Origin: Paramecium tetraurelia
Lineage: Eukaryota
Assembly (NCBI GenBank): GCA_000165425.1
Contig: CT868649.1
Coordinates: 62,001-126,000, forward strand
Length of the DNA stretch: 64,000 nucleotides
Direction of reading: 5' to 3'
The translations under genes were made by a program, and so were the position numbers. A model generated the notes under the pieces. That model had not been told where the DNA came from. It saw nothing but the letters and a program-made list of their open reading frames with translations, and ran no database searches. This document shows, in pieces, positions 1-11,212 of this stretch. The first letter of the stretch is position 1; every line of letters begins with the position of its first letter.

Positions 1-105
1 CAAGATGACCCAATCTTTGTTTCAGCAATCAAGAACACTTAAACTCTGTTTAACATAGTAAAGGGAACTACTTTAAAAAATGAAGAGAACTACTATATAT
101 AATGA
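1..105 (+). CDS. 3' end of an unidentified protein gene (partial)
   Basis: Code-6 frame QDDPIFVSAIKNTQTLFNIVKGTTLKNEENYYIQ ending in TGA at 103-105, followed by AT-rich spacer. Confidence 0.6.
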
Positions 106-480
106 TAGATACATATATATATATACTTTTCACAATTGTTCATAGTTGTTTTTAGATTTAATAAAATTTTATTTACATATAATTATTGACACAATTATTA
201 AAATAAATATAGTTATAAATAAGATCTTCTCTCAGATTTTCTTTAGAATAATTATAAAAAAATAAAATTGATAATAAAATTGATCACATGTTTAACAATC
301 AATTAACATTTGATTCACTTAGATTTTTTATCAATTTATTAAAATATTCTTAATTACATGATGACTTGACGTTCCACAGATTTGTTATTTTATGCTATAG
401 ATAATCTATTAACACTTGGTTGATTTCTTGTTGAATTTAATTAAATTTTATAAAATCTGCATTTTTTTGTAAGATTGCAG

Positions 481-1295
481 TCATCCTGCGGACTTTTTGA
501 AACTCTGTTAAGTGCTGTTACAGTAAGGCTCAAAAGTAGATGTCAATGTTTCATCTTCACTTAATAATTCGGGATCAAATGTTTTATTCTTTAAAGATTA
601 GGAATCAGATTGAAAGGTTTCATTCTTTGGAGAAAATAAAGTGAATGTGGCTCTAGTTTTATTGATTTCAGATTCAAGATTTTGTATTTTGGATTTTAAC
701 TCAGTAATGGATTCTGACTCTTTTTTGTGGCATAGTTTATTGAATTATTTTTTATACTCGTTTTCGAGTGACAAATTTTCTATAATCTATTGTTATTGAA
801 TGTTGATAGTCTGCAACTGTTGGATAGTCTAGGCATTGATTTATAGTTAGAAATTCTTCTCCTGGATTTCGTTGGTCAAATGGTTGGTCTGTTTATTCAA
901 AAGTGCAATTTAATTTATTTAAGATTCGATTTCCTTTCTTTAATGGTCGACTTACAATTGTAATTGGGAAATTTAGTGAAGTAGATTCTTTTATTAAGTA
1001 TTCTTATTAATCTTCTCTTTATTCAAGATTTCTTGCGGATCAAATTTATTGAAAGCATTCAGGTATAAATTTGCCCTCGGTTAGACTGCAGTTTATTCTT
1101 GGGGTTGGGTCTTTTTCAAGATTTTCATGACTTAATCCTTTCTTATGGAACTCTCTTATTTGGTCTATCTCGCTGATTGTTAAGATAGCGAAGAAACTGT
1201 AATATCTGGCACTGGAATGCAATCTATAGCTTTGATCAAATCGCGATTCGACTATTGAGAGTATAAGCGATTGTTACTGTTATATATTCATCCAT
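481..1295 (-). CDS. Hypothetical coiled-coil protein (~262 aa, one 26-nt intron)
   Basis: MDEYIT|SNRDLIKAIDCIPVPDITV... after removing gtaacaatcgcttatactctcaatag; Q/K/E-rich heptads; TGA at 481-483. Confidence 0.75.
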
Positions 1296-1318
1296 TGTTA
1301 AATTATTTTAAATTTAAT

Positions 1319-2737
1319 ATGCTTAACGAAAAAGTCATAGGAGAATATGTTTATTTAGTATCCGATGAATGCAAAGTCGGAGTCGGTTAATTCAGCCACG
1401 TCTACAAAGGATATCACGAGAAGACCAAGAAGCAAGTGGCAATCAAGCAGATTGACAAAAAACAAATCAAAGGTATTTTTGAATAGATGCTCCGAAACGA
1501 AATCAATATACTAAAGCAACTGAATCATCAATACATCCTGAAGATGTATGCTTATTATGAAACATCCAACAATTTTTATATCATCACAGAATTTTGTGAG
1601 ACAGGTAAACAACTAATCAATAATCCATAGACGTTCTTTAAATCTTAAAAAACCAAGGTTCTTTGCCTGAAGAAAAAGTAATTGCTTATGTTTTGCAGAT
1701 TAGTGAAGCATTGAAGTACTTAAATTCAAAAAGTAAACTTTCATTTCTTAATTATAGAAATCATTCACAGAGATATCAAGCCATCCAACATCCTAATCCA
1801 TGAAGGGGAAGTGAGACTGGCTGATTTTGGTTTTGCAGTTCATCAAGACAAAGTCGGAATTGAGGACAGACAATTTTAGATTGGATCTCCCTTGTATATG
1901 TCCCCAGAAACCTTATTAAAAAATTAATACAACCACAAAACGGACTTATGGTCTTTGGGTGTCCTCTATTTCGAAATGATTTTTGGTATCTCCTATCCTT
2001 TTATTATACAGGCGTTGTTCCTTTCTTCTCAATTGAGATGGATGACCTACTCAGAAAATTACAACAATATCAATAGGATTATATATTGACATTCAAATAC
2101 CCAGTTTCAGAAGCTTCTACTGAAGCAATAAGAAATCTCCTAGCATACGACCCATCTCATAGGTGTGAAATTAGAAATTTGGAACTAATACTCAAAAATT
2201 ATTATAGTAATAGAGCTGCTGGAGATGCTAGCATTCATTCATAAAAACGAACTATTACTCCTGATAAAAGAAAGAAAGATTCCCCTAATTAAAGTCCGGA
2301 AAACAGAAGCAAAGCACAGCCTATTAAAAAGGAACTAGTAAAAGTAAGTTGCTCTGCTAAGTGTTTTGATAAAAATTCTACCTATTTTACCAAAAATAAA
2401 CCTAATAAAGAGGATGATTAATAAAATTCAAAGAGAGAGGAAAATCTAGGAACAGACAGAAAAGATAACGAAGCCATCCATCAAATCTCGGGTATTAGAT
2501 TACATGACTTAACAGTATATAATGAAAAAGTAACACTGGAGAATATGAGTAATGAAGACTTTTTAGCATTTCTCATTAAGAAATTAGAATCTGTTAAAAG
2601 ATAGGATCCAAGTTAAAATATATAAATTAACGAGTGCCAATTATTGTTAGTATGAATTTTTTACATATAAGTATTAATACTACGGGAAAGATCAGAATAT
2701 ACTCTAAGGTTTGAAAAATAAGGGAACATCTAGTTGA
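1319..2737 (+). CDS. Ser/Thr protein kinase (ULK/CAMK-like), several tiny introns
   Basis: VGVGQFSHVYKG, VAIK, HRDIKPSN, LADFGF, GSPLYMSPE, DLWSLG motifs. Confidence 0.93.
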
Positions 2738-2906
2738 ATATATAAATTGTTCGTTGAAACGTATTTCTATATTTAAACAACATATAAATTGTAATTTCTA
2801 ACATAATTTGGGCAGATAAATCTAATTATTTTCCTATTTCAAAACTCATACAAAGACTTTAACATCAATAAATCTATTAGTTATGTTTTAAATATAATTC
2901 ATGTAT

Positions 2907-4738
2907 TCATTCTGCTATTGATAACTCAAAAAGGATTTAGGAAAGCAAAGGCGTAACAGTTTCATCAGATGCAGCCACAAAAAATAATTCCCTAACATAA
3001 AAATTAACATATTTACTTTTCAAAAATAAGCAAATATTATTTTGCTGCAGGAGCCTACGAAATATTATTGAGGGTGATTGCTGCTAGTTTGACATGTTTT
3101 TCATTTATTTTATCCTAATTACTTTTTTATTCTTATGATTTCTGAGAATTGCTCTTAATTTGACCAGTGCTCAAAATGGCAACAAGTCTTTATAGTATTT
3201 TAGGATGCTTAGCTATGGATAACCTAGTTGCCATTTTTAAATCACTTAAATAACAGAAGAACTCCAACACAATTTCTCTTAATTCTTAATTCTAATAGAT
3301 TAGCAATCTCGCTAATTGATCTATATATTCTCCGATGGCTCCTTCTATAATTGATTCATTATCAGAAATGGATATCAGATTTCTGAAGGTTTCTGTGACT
3401 AAACCTATGTCTTCATATGATTCCCCATTAAGAATTTCTATTAATTTTTACATAAAAGCATCCATGAAGATTGATTAACTTCACTGATGAACTGTACGTT
3501 TGGATAAGACTGAAAATGTTTCCAATGCAGATTTAGATAATTCTTAATCAGCGCCAGACAAGAGAATTTAATAAAAAAAGGATAGTAATTTATCTTGTTT
3601 TATAAAGCAGGCTTCATTAGATCTAATCATAGCTAAATTTCTCAAAGCCACAAACAAGGTTCTCAATTTTTCCAAATGTTTACATTCTGACTTTTTTTCA
3701 TAATTCCCTTAGATCAAATCGATATATTTTTTCTAGTAGATTAACTCACTTGGTTTAACCATTTCTGTCATTTGATCATTCATAATTACTGATATATGAG
3801 AATTATAATTTTCCAAAGCATTCTGATTTTTGATTAAGTCAACTTGAACTTGCATAGATTTTCGCTATTAGTATCCTAAATTTTCTAATTATTGTTATCC
3901 TACTGATTAAAGACAAGTTTTAAAAGAGTATGATTTATTTAAGTAACTAATTTATTTAATAGTATCTTCAATGTATGTAGTAATAGTATCAAGTAATTGT
4001 GGATACTGATCAATAAGAAAGGTTTGCTAGAATGATTAACATTAATTGTTATACTGAGTAATTGCAAGAATACATTAATAAATTATTAATGGCGAAAGTA
4101 AGTTCATCGTCAATTCTGCTTTCAAAAGCAAGGATAATTCTTTTTGACTTCACTGGCTTATGCTTGTATTTTAGATTTCTTAATGAAAAATATGGTCTCT
4201 GCCTTTTCCACCTTGGCATAGTTTAAATTCAAAAGAGCACTTAGAGGTTATCCACTGAATTCCATTTAGTGTTGTCTGTCTTCAGCTTCTGCACTTTGAA
4301 ATAGATAGTAATATTACACATAGCCAGCCTATTGATTTTCTTCCTCATATCCTATTTTCGTTTTTTTTCTATTGGAACTCATTTCTTCATCATATATATA
4401 GCCCATCCTCTTTTACCAAAGAAGAGCTATTATTTATTCATATGCCAAAAGCAATTTCTAATAATGATTTCTTAAAGGTAAATGAGGCTGAAGTACATGT
4501 GGCTGGAAACGAGAATTGATCTACAATTTCCTTTTAAGATCAAAATTAAAAATTTACTTTCCATAATTTATTTGCTGATACAACTTTTAAGGCCTCCTCT
4601 TTTTGTGACTGCTTTGTATAGCTTGAAAACTTCCAGTTCTCGCCCACCAATTTGAGGTATTTTGACCGATACACCTCTCTGTTCCCAAAATTTTTGCAAT
4701 TGCTAAATGAATACTTTCTCTTCTTCCCGCTCGTCCAT
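2907..4738 (-). pseudogene. ARID-domain + ARM-repeat SWI/SNF subunit (ARID1/ARID2/Swi1/Rsc9-like); reading frame disrupted as given (pseudogene or sequence error)
   Basis: ARID motifs PQIGGRELEVFKLYKAVTKRGG, NKLWKEIV, TSASFT-LRNHYQKLLLAYE; RIILAFESRIDDELTFAINNLL; LFVALRNLAM. Joining them needs several +1 shifts and one in-frame TGA. Confidence 0.75.
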
Positions 4739-4934
4739 TTATTATTTTATTTTATATAAAATATATATAAATATAAAAATTTATTGTAAACCTCTTTCAA
4801 AATCTATAAATCATTTTTCACTGCAGTTTACTTTACCTTTTAGTATTTAAAAACATCTACGATTAAGAAATGTAAACAAAATATACTAAATAAATACATA
4901 TTAATTTTAACCGAAAAATAAATAACCAAAAATT

Positions 4935-7773
4935 ATGAAATGCATACAAAAACCGAGTCAAGTCTCTTTAGTTAATAGACAGTTCTCTGTTCAAAAGGAT
5001 ATAGCGAATTTTTCAATGTAATCTCCAGATAAATAAATCCATTGTGTTAAAACATAATCACAAGCTAAAATATTAACATATGGCCCTTCGCCTTATATGT
5101 AATCGCCTCTGTTAGATGTAAAATACATTAACCAAAACAATATCACCATTTAACCATCTCCCCCTTAAAAATTAGAGAACTCTTCTCAATATAAACTTAA
5201 CACAAAGACTCTAAGTCAAAATTTTGATGTTCTCAAACCATCTAATTAATCAGACACATTAAAATAATAAAATGATGTGAAACCATATTATGGAACAAGT
5301 AAGTAGGAATATCATAAAACGCATGGAAACTATTAGAGTGACAGAAATAAAGACACTACTACATCAGAAAGAAGAAGCAATACTTTAAACAAAGAGGCAA
5401 CAATCATTGAAAGCAAAGAAAATTACGGATTGACTACAAAATCTCCAATTACAGATAATCATCTTGCTGTGGGAAATAGTAGGCTTTCATCTCAAAATCA
5501 TGGATTTTTGTAATTGAAACCAAAAATATCAACAGAAATAGCTAAGATTTCTGGGTAATTAAGAGATTTGATGTCAAGTGTTTAAAAAATGGCTACTAAT
5601 GGAAAATTACCTGATAATATTAATGATAAAATGATTGAGATATTAGCTACTTTTAGAAAATTTGAAGAAATATCTCATGTTGAGCCTAACGAAAATGAAT
5701 CTAAAACATTAAACATGGCAGAAGATTATAATAAACTAAAGCCAATACTTGAGCAGTTATAAAGTAAAATGACTGCTTTAGTCTAAGAGAATTAAAAAGT
5801 ATTTGAACATTATTAATCTTGTAGCTGAATAAGAATTTGATAGAACAAGAGCAAAAGGTTATTGAAGAATAAAGTAAAAGACAACTAGCAGAAGACAAAG
5901 CAAATTAAACAAATAAGGAATTCAATAGAGTATTTGAATGTTTACAAATAAATTAAAAAGAAAATGAAGAACTTAAGATGAAATTACAATAAAAAGATGC
6001 TTTTAACAATTAAAAGATTCATTAAAGCATAACCAAAAATGAAGATGTACAGGATTATAAATAGAAGAATTTGTAACTATAAAAAGACTTGGAATTATTG
6101 GAAAGTAGGTATAAATAGTTATTGGCTGAGAAAGCGAATTCAAAAGAATTACCAAAATCACCTTTAATGATGAAATCAATTCATTCAAGTACATCAAAAT
6201 AATAGGAATAGTTGGAACTTAAACTATTATGATTGCGAATTGAAAATGATAATTTAAAAGCAGAAATCGCTCACAATTAGGTTGATGCTAAGGTGATTGA
6301 TAGTAAGAATGAAATGATCTAAAAGTTGGATGAAAAAATTAAATCAATAATAAAGGAGAAAGAAATTTCTTAAGAATAATAGTTTTAGATTTACCATAAC
6401 TTAGAAACTCAAAATGAATAATTGAAAAAGACTCTATTAGTTAAGGAAAATGAGATTTCCACTTAATTGAAGTTGAAAAATGAAATGGAAAGAGAACTAA
6501 AAAGTTAGATAAATAATCATGCTCAACAATTGAAAATGTTGGATGATAAACTATTGACATCCAAATAAGATTATCAAAAATTGTTGGATGAATTTAAATC
6601 TATGGATATGCGAAAGAATAAAATATAGGAGGAATATAAAATAAATTAGCAAAGGCTTGATAAATTAAACTAAGATATTTAGTTATAAAGTTAGGAATTA
6701 AAAAAAACTCTTGATAATAATTAAACTTTAAATTTAAAAAATGATTAAATGAATCAACAATTGTCTTAGTTAAATAAAGTATAATAATAACTACTGCAAT
6801 AAATAGAAGGATAGAAGTAAACTGAAACTGCTTTAAGGATGGAATGCGACAGATTAAACAAAATGAATTAAGCAACTCAATAAGATATGAAGTATCAAGT
6901 CACAGAATTAAAAGAAATGGTTTAATTACAAGGAAGAAGAACTCAAGAGAAAGAGAATTAATTAAATGAATTACTTGAAGAGATGAAGGATATGAAGGAT
7001 TAATATGAGATATAAAAGAAGGTGAGTTAAGAAAGCATTAGTGATTTGGAGAGAAGACTAAAGAATTCAAAACTATAAAATGAAGAACTGTTACAAATAA
7101 AAGAATAAGAGATTATAGACTTCAAATTAACCATGGAATAATAATTGCAAATGCTGGATAAAAGAAATGCATTATCATCCTATGATTTTGATTAAAGGGA
7201 ACAATAACTTTAAGTTGAAATTCAAAGTAAAAATGAATAGATAGAGGGGTTAAAGGTAGAACTAGAAAAGATCAGAAGCCAGAATTTTAATGCCTAAGAA
7301 GAACTCTTAAAAAATGGAATTTCATAAAACTAAAATTAAGCCACAATAAGTAATTTGAGAAATGAATTAAATTAATCAAAATAAGAATAATAGCACTTGA
7401 ATGAGATGTTGAAGAAAAGAAGGGAAGAAACAGAGCAATTACATTAAAGTTTAGAGGAAATGAGAAAAGAATAATAAAACAAAAAGTAACAACAGGAGGA
7501 TACTCGAAGTAATTAATAATTTAATTTTATATAGGATCTATATTGAGATAGTAGGATCTTTAAATTACAAATGAAAATCTTTAAAGAGATAATTTAACTC
7601 TTTCTTAGAAAGTCAATGCGTTGTAAAATGATAATAATAGGAAACAGAGGGAGTTGATTGAGAAAAATGATGAATTCTTAAATATTAAAAGGAAATACGA
7701 TGAAACAGTATAAAATTTAGAAAGATTGGAGAAGAGATGGGGCGAAAAGATTGATTAACATAGAAGAACTTGA
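4935..7773 (+). CDS. Large coiled-coil protein with an internal in-frame TGA at 6230-6232
   Basis: Continuous code-6 frame with two 26-nt introns (~5799-5824, ~7509-7534); E/Q/K/L heptads on both sides of the TGA. Confidence 0.75.
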
Positions 7774-7800
7774 TTTATATATTAGTTATCAATAAATTGA

Positions 7801-8385
7801 TCAAATTTCTAATTTTTCAAATAATTCTGCGTTATAGATTTGATTCCATGATGCTGGAAATGATTAATTTTGCAAATATTATTAAATAATTTTTAACTAT
7901 TGTTTTAATTTGTTTGTATTGTTTGTTTTGATTCCAAATTATTCAGAAAGTTTCTTAAGAATTGTGATATCTTTTAGATCCTCGAAACTCTACAAGACAT
8001 CTGATTTGTAACTAAAATAGTCAAACAGTTCTCTCTTGGTTTTGATTTAATTTTCTTGTTTCTCTGGTATGTATTCTTAGTAGTCATTAAATTGATAAAA
8101 AATTTCTTAGTTAGTAATTGACTCTTCTTGGATAGGTTCATTGGGCATTTTAAACACCATATGGGGTAGCTCTGGTTAATCACTATATTAGTAAAATGTA
8201 TTGAACTTAATTGATAATTCTCTTAATTTGTCTTCAATCAATTGCTTTTTCCTTTCACACTCGGCAATTTGCTTAGAAAGATGTGTGTGTTCATTTCTCA
8301 ATTGTTGGACAAGTTCTTATGAGTCCTTGACTGAAAGTATAAAATTTTCGCCTTGTTTTTTGTATTTAAATAATTTTGAAGACAT
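7801..8385 (-). CDS. Hypothetical 194-aa protein: N-terminal coiled coil and possible SAP-like C-terminal motif
   Basis: Intronless frame MSSKLFKYKKQGENF...LKKLSEQFGIKTNNTNKLKQQLKIIQQYLQ...EKLEI*. Confidence 0.75.
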
Positions 8386-8398
8386 TATTAAAAAATAA

Positions 8399-8981
8399 AT
8401 GCTATAAGCGAACCTCAATTTATAAGAACTTAGATTAGAAAAGGATGACGATTAATTATTTTACGATTTAAATTAAGTTAATTCTCAAAACTTGGATGAA
8501 GAGGCTGAACAATCTGATGATACAGAAGATGACTTTCTGGATTGTTTTAGATGTAATTAACTATTGAGTATTGATAGATTCGGTGATTATTTCGCCGATT
8601 CGACAGTAATCCAAACCTTAAACTTTGTAGCCACAATTTAATTAAGATTACTAAATAAATCCTTTATGCATAAAACTCGATGCAAGAACGACTTTAATGC
8701 TGAAGAATATCCCTCTTGAGTATAGTCTAAAGGATTTGATAATGGAAGTCAATAGTTTTGTCAAAGGAAAGTATAACTATTTATATATGCCATATGATTA
8801 GATTGTAAACTTTATTATTCTAATTAAGAAAAATTGTAACATAGGCTACGCCTTCATTAACTTAATTACACCAAATGATGTTGAATATTTCTATCAAAAA
8901 TTTGATTAAAAGAAATGGAAACTCAACCCAGATAAAATATGTACTCTTCGCTATGCAAAGAATTAATTAAGTAATTATTGA
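8399..8981 (+). CDS. Mei2-like RNA-binding protein (single C-terminal-type RRM)
   Basis: DARTTLMLKNIP, GKYNYLYMPYD, NCNIGYAFINL, KKW...ICTLRYAK match the Mei2 RRM3 signature; three tiny introns. Confidence 0.88.
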
Positions 8982-9161
8982 TAACTTATTTAATATTATA
9001 TTTTTCATTTAAATTTCATTGTAAATCCTATTGACACATATAAATTATGCTATGTTGCATATGAAGTAAATCCAAAATTAATATTCGACATCAATGGTTA
9101 TCTATTTGATAAAATAAAATGAAAACAAAAGTTATTATTTAAAAATTTAATTAACTACTAA

Positions 9162-9645
9162 ATGGAAAAAGAATAGACATTTGTCCTAATCAAACCAGAT
9201 GGAGTTCAGAGAAGAATCATAGGGAGAATAATTCAGAGATTTGAAGATAAAGGATTTTCTATGGTTGCCATGAAGATGCTCATCCCAAATCAAGAATTGT
9301 TACAGAAGCATTACGAAGAACTAATGTTCAAACCCTTCTTCCCTTGTTTGATCTGTTACATGCTATCAGGACCAGTTATTGCTATGATTTGGCAAGGAAA
9401 AGATGGTATTGTATATTTCAAATAAATAAGTTGTTAGGTAAATACGATCCATGCTTGGAGAAGGCAGAAACCCTGTTGAATAGAAACCAGGCACAATTAG
9501 AGCTGATTATGCACTTGAACTATAAAGAAATTTAATTCATGGTAGTGATTCTTGCGAGTCAGCTTAAAAAGAGATCAATTTGTGGTTTAATTAGAAGGAA
9601 ATAGTAGATTGGAAGCCTTCTGATTTAAATTGGGTATGTGAATGA
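9162..9645 (+). CDS. NDK: Nucleoside diphosphate kinase
   Basis: TFVLIKPDGVQR, KPFF, SGPV, PGTIRADY, RNLIHGSDS, EINLWF; one 25-nt intron. Confidence 0.95.
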
Positions 9646-9681
9646 TTACTTTCAAAACTTTCATTTTTAATTTTATCATAA

Positions 9682-10413
9682 ATGCAAAAATCTTAACTGA
9701 TCAGAGTATTGAGTGATTCAAATAAATCCCTAAATCCTTTTGCTATGTCAAGACAATCAAGCCAAGAGACACCAACAAATCAAGGAAATACTAGTTAAAG
9801 TTAGACATCTGAGAAAGAAATTGCACGTTTGACTAGATTGGTGGGGTCATTAAAAAAAGAAAACGAATCCTTGCTACTCAAAATTAAGTAGTTTGAAGAG
9901 ATAGATTACAAAGGCAAAATCTAAACTCTAGAATAAAAAAACAAATAGTTAGAATCATAAATAGATACTTTTAAAAAATTACCAATCGATTAAATCAAGA
10001 CCTTAATTGATGATAATGAAAGATTAACGAGCATAGTTGAAAATTAGTCAACCAAAATTAAGACACTTTTAACATAAATTGATGATTTAAAGGATTCCTC
10101 ATTTCATAATGAAGGAAAAAATGAAATCATTATTGCCATGATATAAGTAAGGATTTCAATTAAATTAAAGGAACTTGAAAATCAGAAACTGTACGTCTAA
10201 GATGAATACAAGAGATAACAAATTATGAATAAGGAAAAATAAACCCTCTACCTTGAGTTATAAATGGCAAAACAATAAATTAAGGATCTAAATCAAACCA
10301 TTGAGAAAATAAAGATGATCAACTTGGAGAGCAGTGAACCTTGTGACCTACTTCATTAGGATTATCTGAAAAGCCATGAGGCAGTCTTAGCTTTCGTTAA
10401 AAATTAATACTGA
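9682..10413 (+). CDS. Hypothetical coiled-coil protein
   Basis: MQKSQLIRVLSD...EIARLTRLVGSLKKENE...LAFVKNQY*. Confidence 0.75.
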
Positions 10414-10485
10414 CTGACTGATATTTCATCAGAATTAAAGATTATATACTAAAAATTATATATTTATATATATTATTACAAGAAA

Positions 10486-11154
10486 ATGAGTAAAGTTTCT
10501 AGGTTTAGTAATATAAAAAATGAGATGGAAAAATAACAGCATTTAGACAAAATCAACCAGAAATCCAAAAAGTAATAGGCTGTTTTCAATAATCCTTTTT
10601 TTAAATAACAAGATGATCAAGAAGAACAAGAGAACATTATAGAGAGCAAAATTTAATAGTTATAAGATGTGCAAGTGGTGATTCCCAAAGAACTGAACTT
10701 ATAAATACAACATAAAGTGAAAAGTCATATCATTGATCATAAATTGAAGAACAATTATGATTATGTTAGATTAAAATATATTATTCGTATTTGGAGAGAG
10801 CAATCAATAAAATTGAAGATATCAGAGGAGTAGGTCAAATAGCAATTATTCAAGGCAGCTAAAGAAAACATGATTGATGATATGATTAAAAATTAAAAAT
10901 ATGAAAAGCTGAGATAGCAGCAAGAATAAGAAAAAATCATTGAAGCTTAGGAGGATGAAAAGTCTTAGATGTTAGAGTTAGAGGAAAGAGTAAAATAAAA
11001 GAAACAAACTGGGACAGCTAAGCCTGAACAATAGATGGCTGCTTAAAGTCAAGTAGATTCATTTGAACAAAAGAATGATTTATTCAAAATGCCAGATTAG
11101 GACCTAATACAATATATTCCATATTGCACAGACATATATTTAGGTAAAGATTGA
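10486..11154 (+). CDS. Hypothetical Q/E/K-rich protein
   Basis: MSKVSRFSNIKNEMEK... open to ...YCTDIYLGKD*. Confidence 0.7.
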
Positions 11155-11212
11155 ATCTTCTATTTACTAAAATACAATATTTAATAAATTTTTAATTAAT
11201 TGATTATATTTT

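Noticed and set aside
5799..5830. Apparent in-frame TGA at 5826, and similarly at ~12313
   Set aside because: Removed or shifted out of frame by canonical 25-26-nt introns
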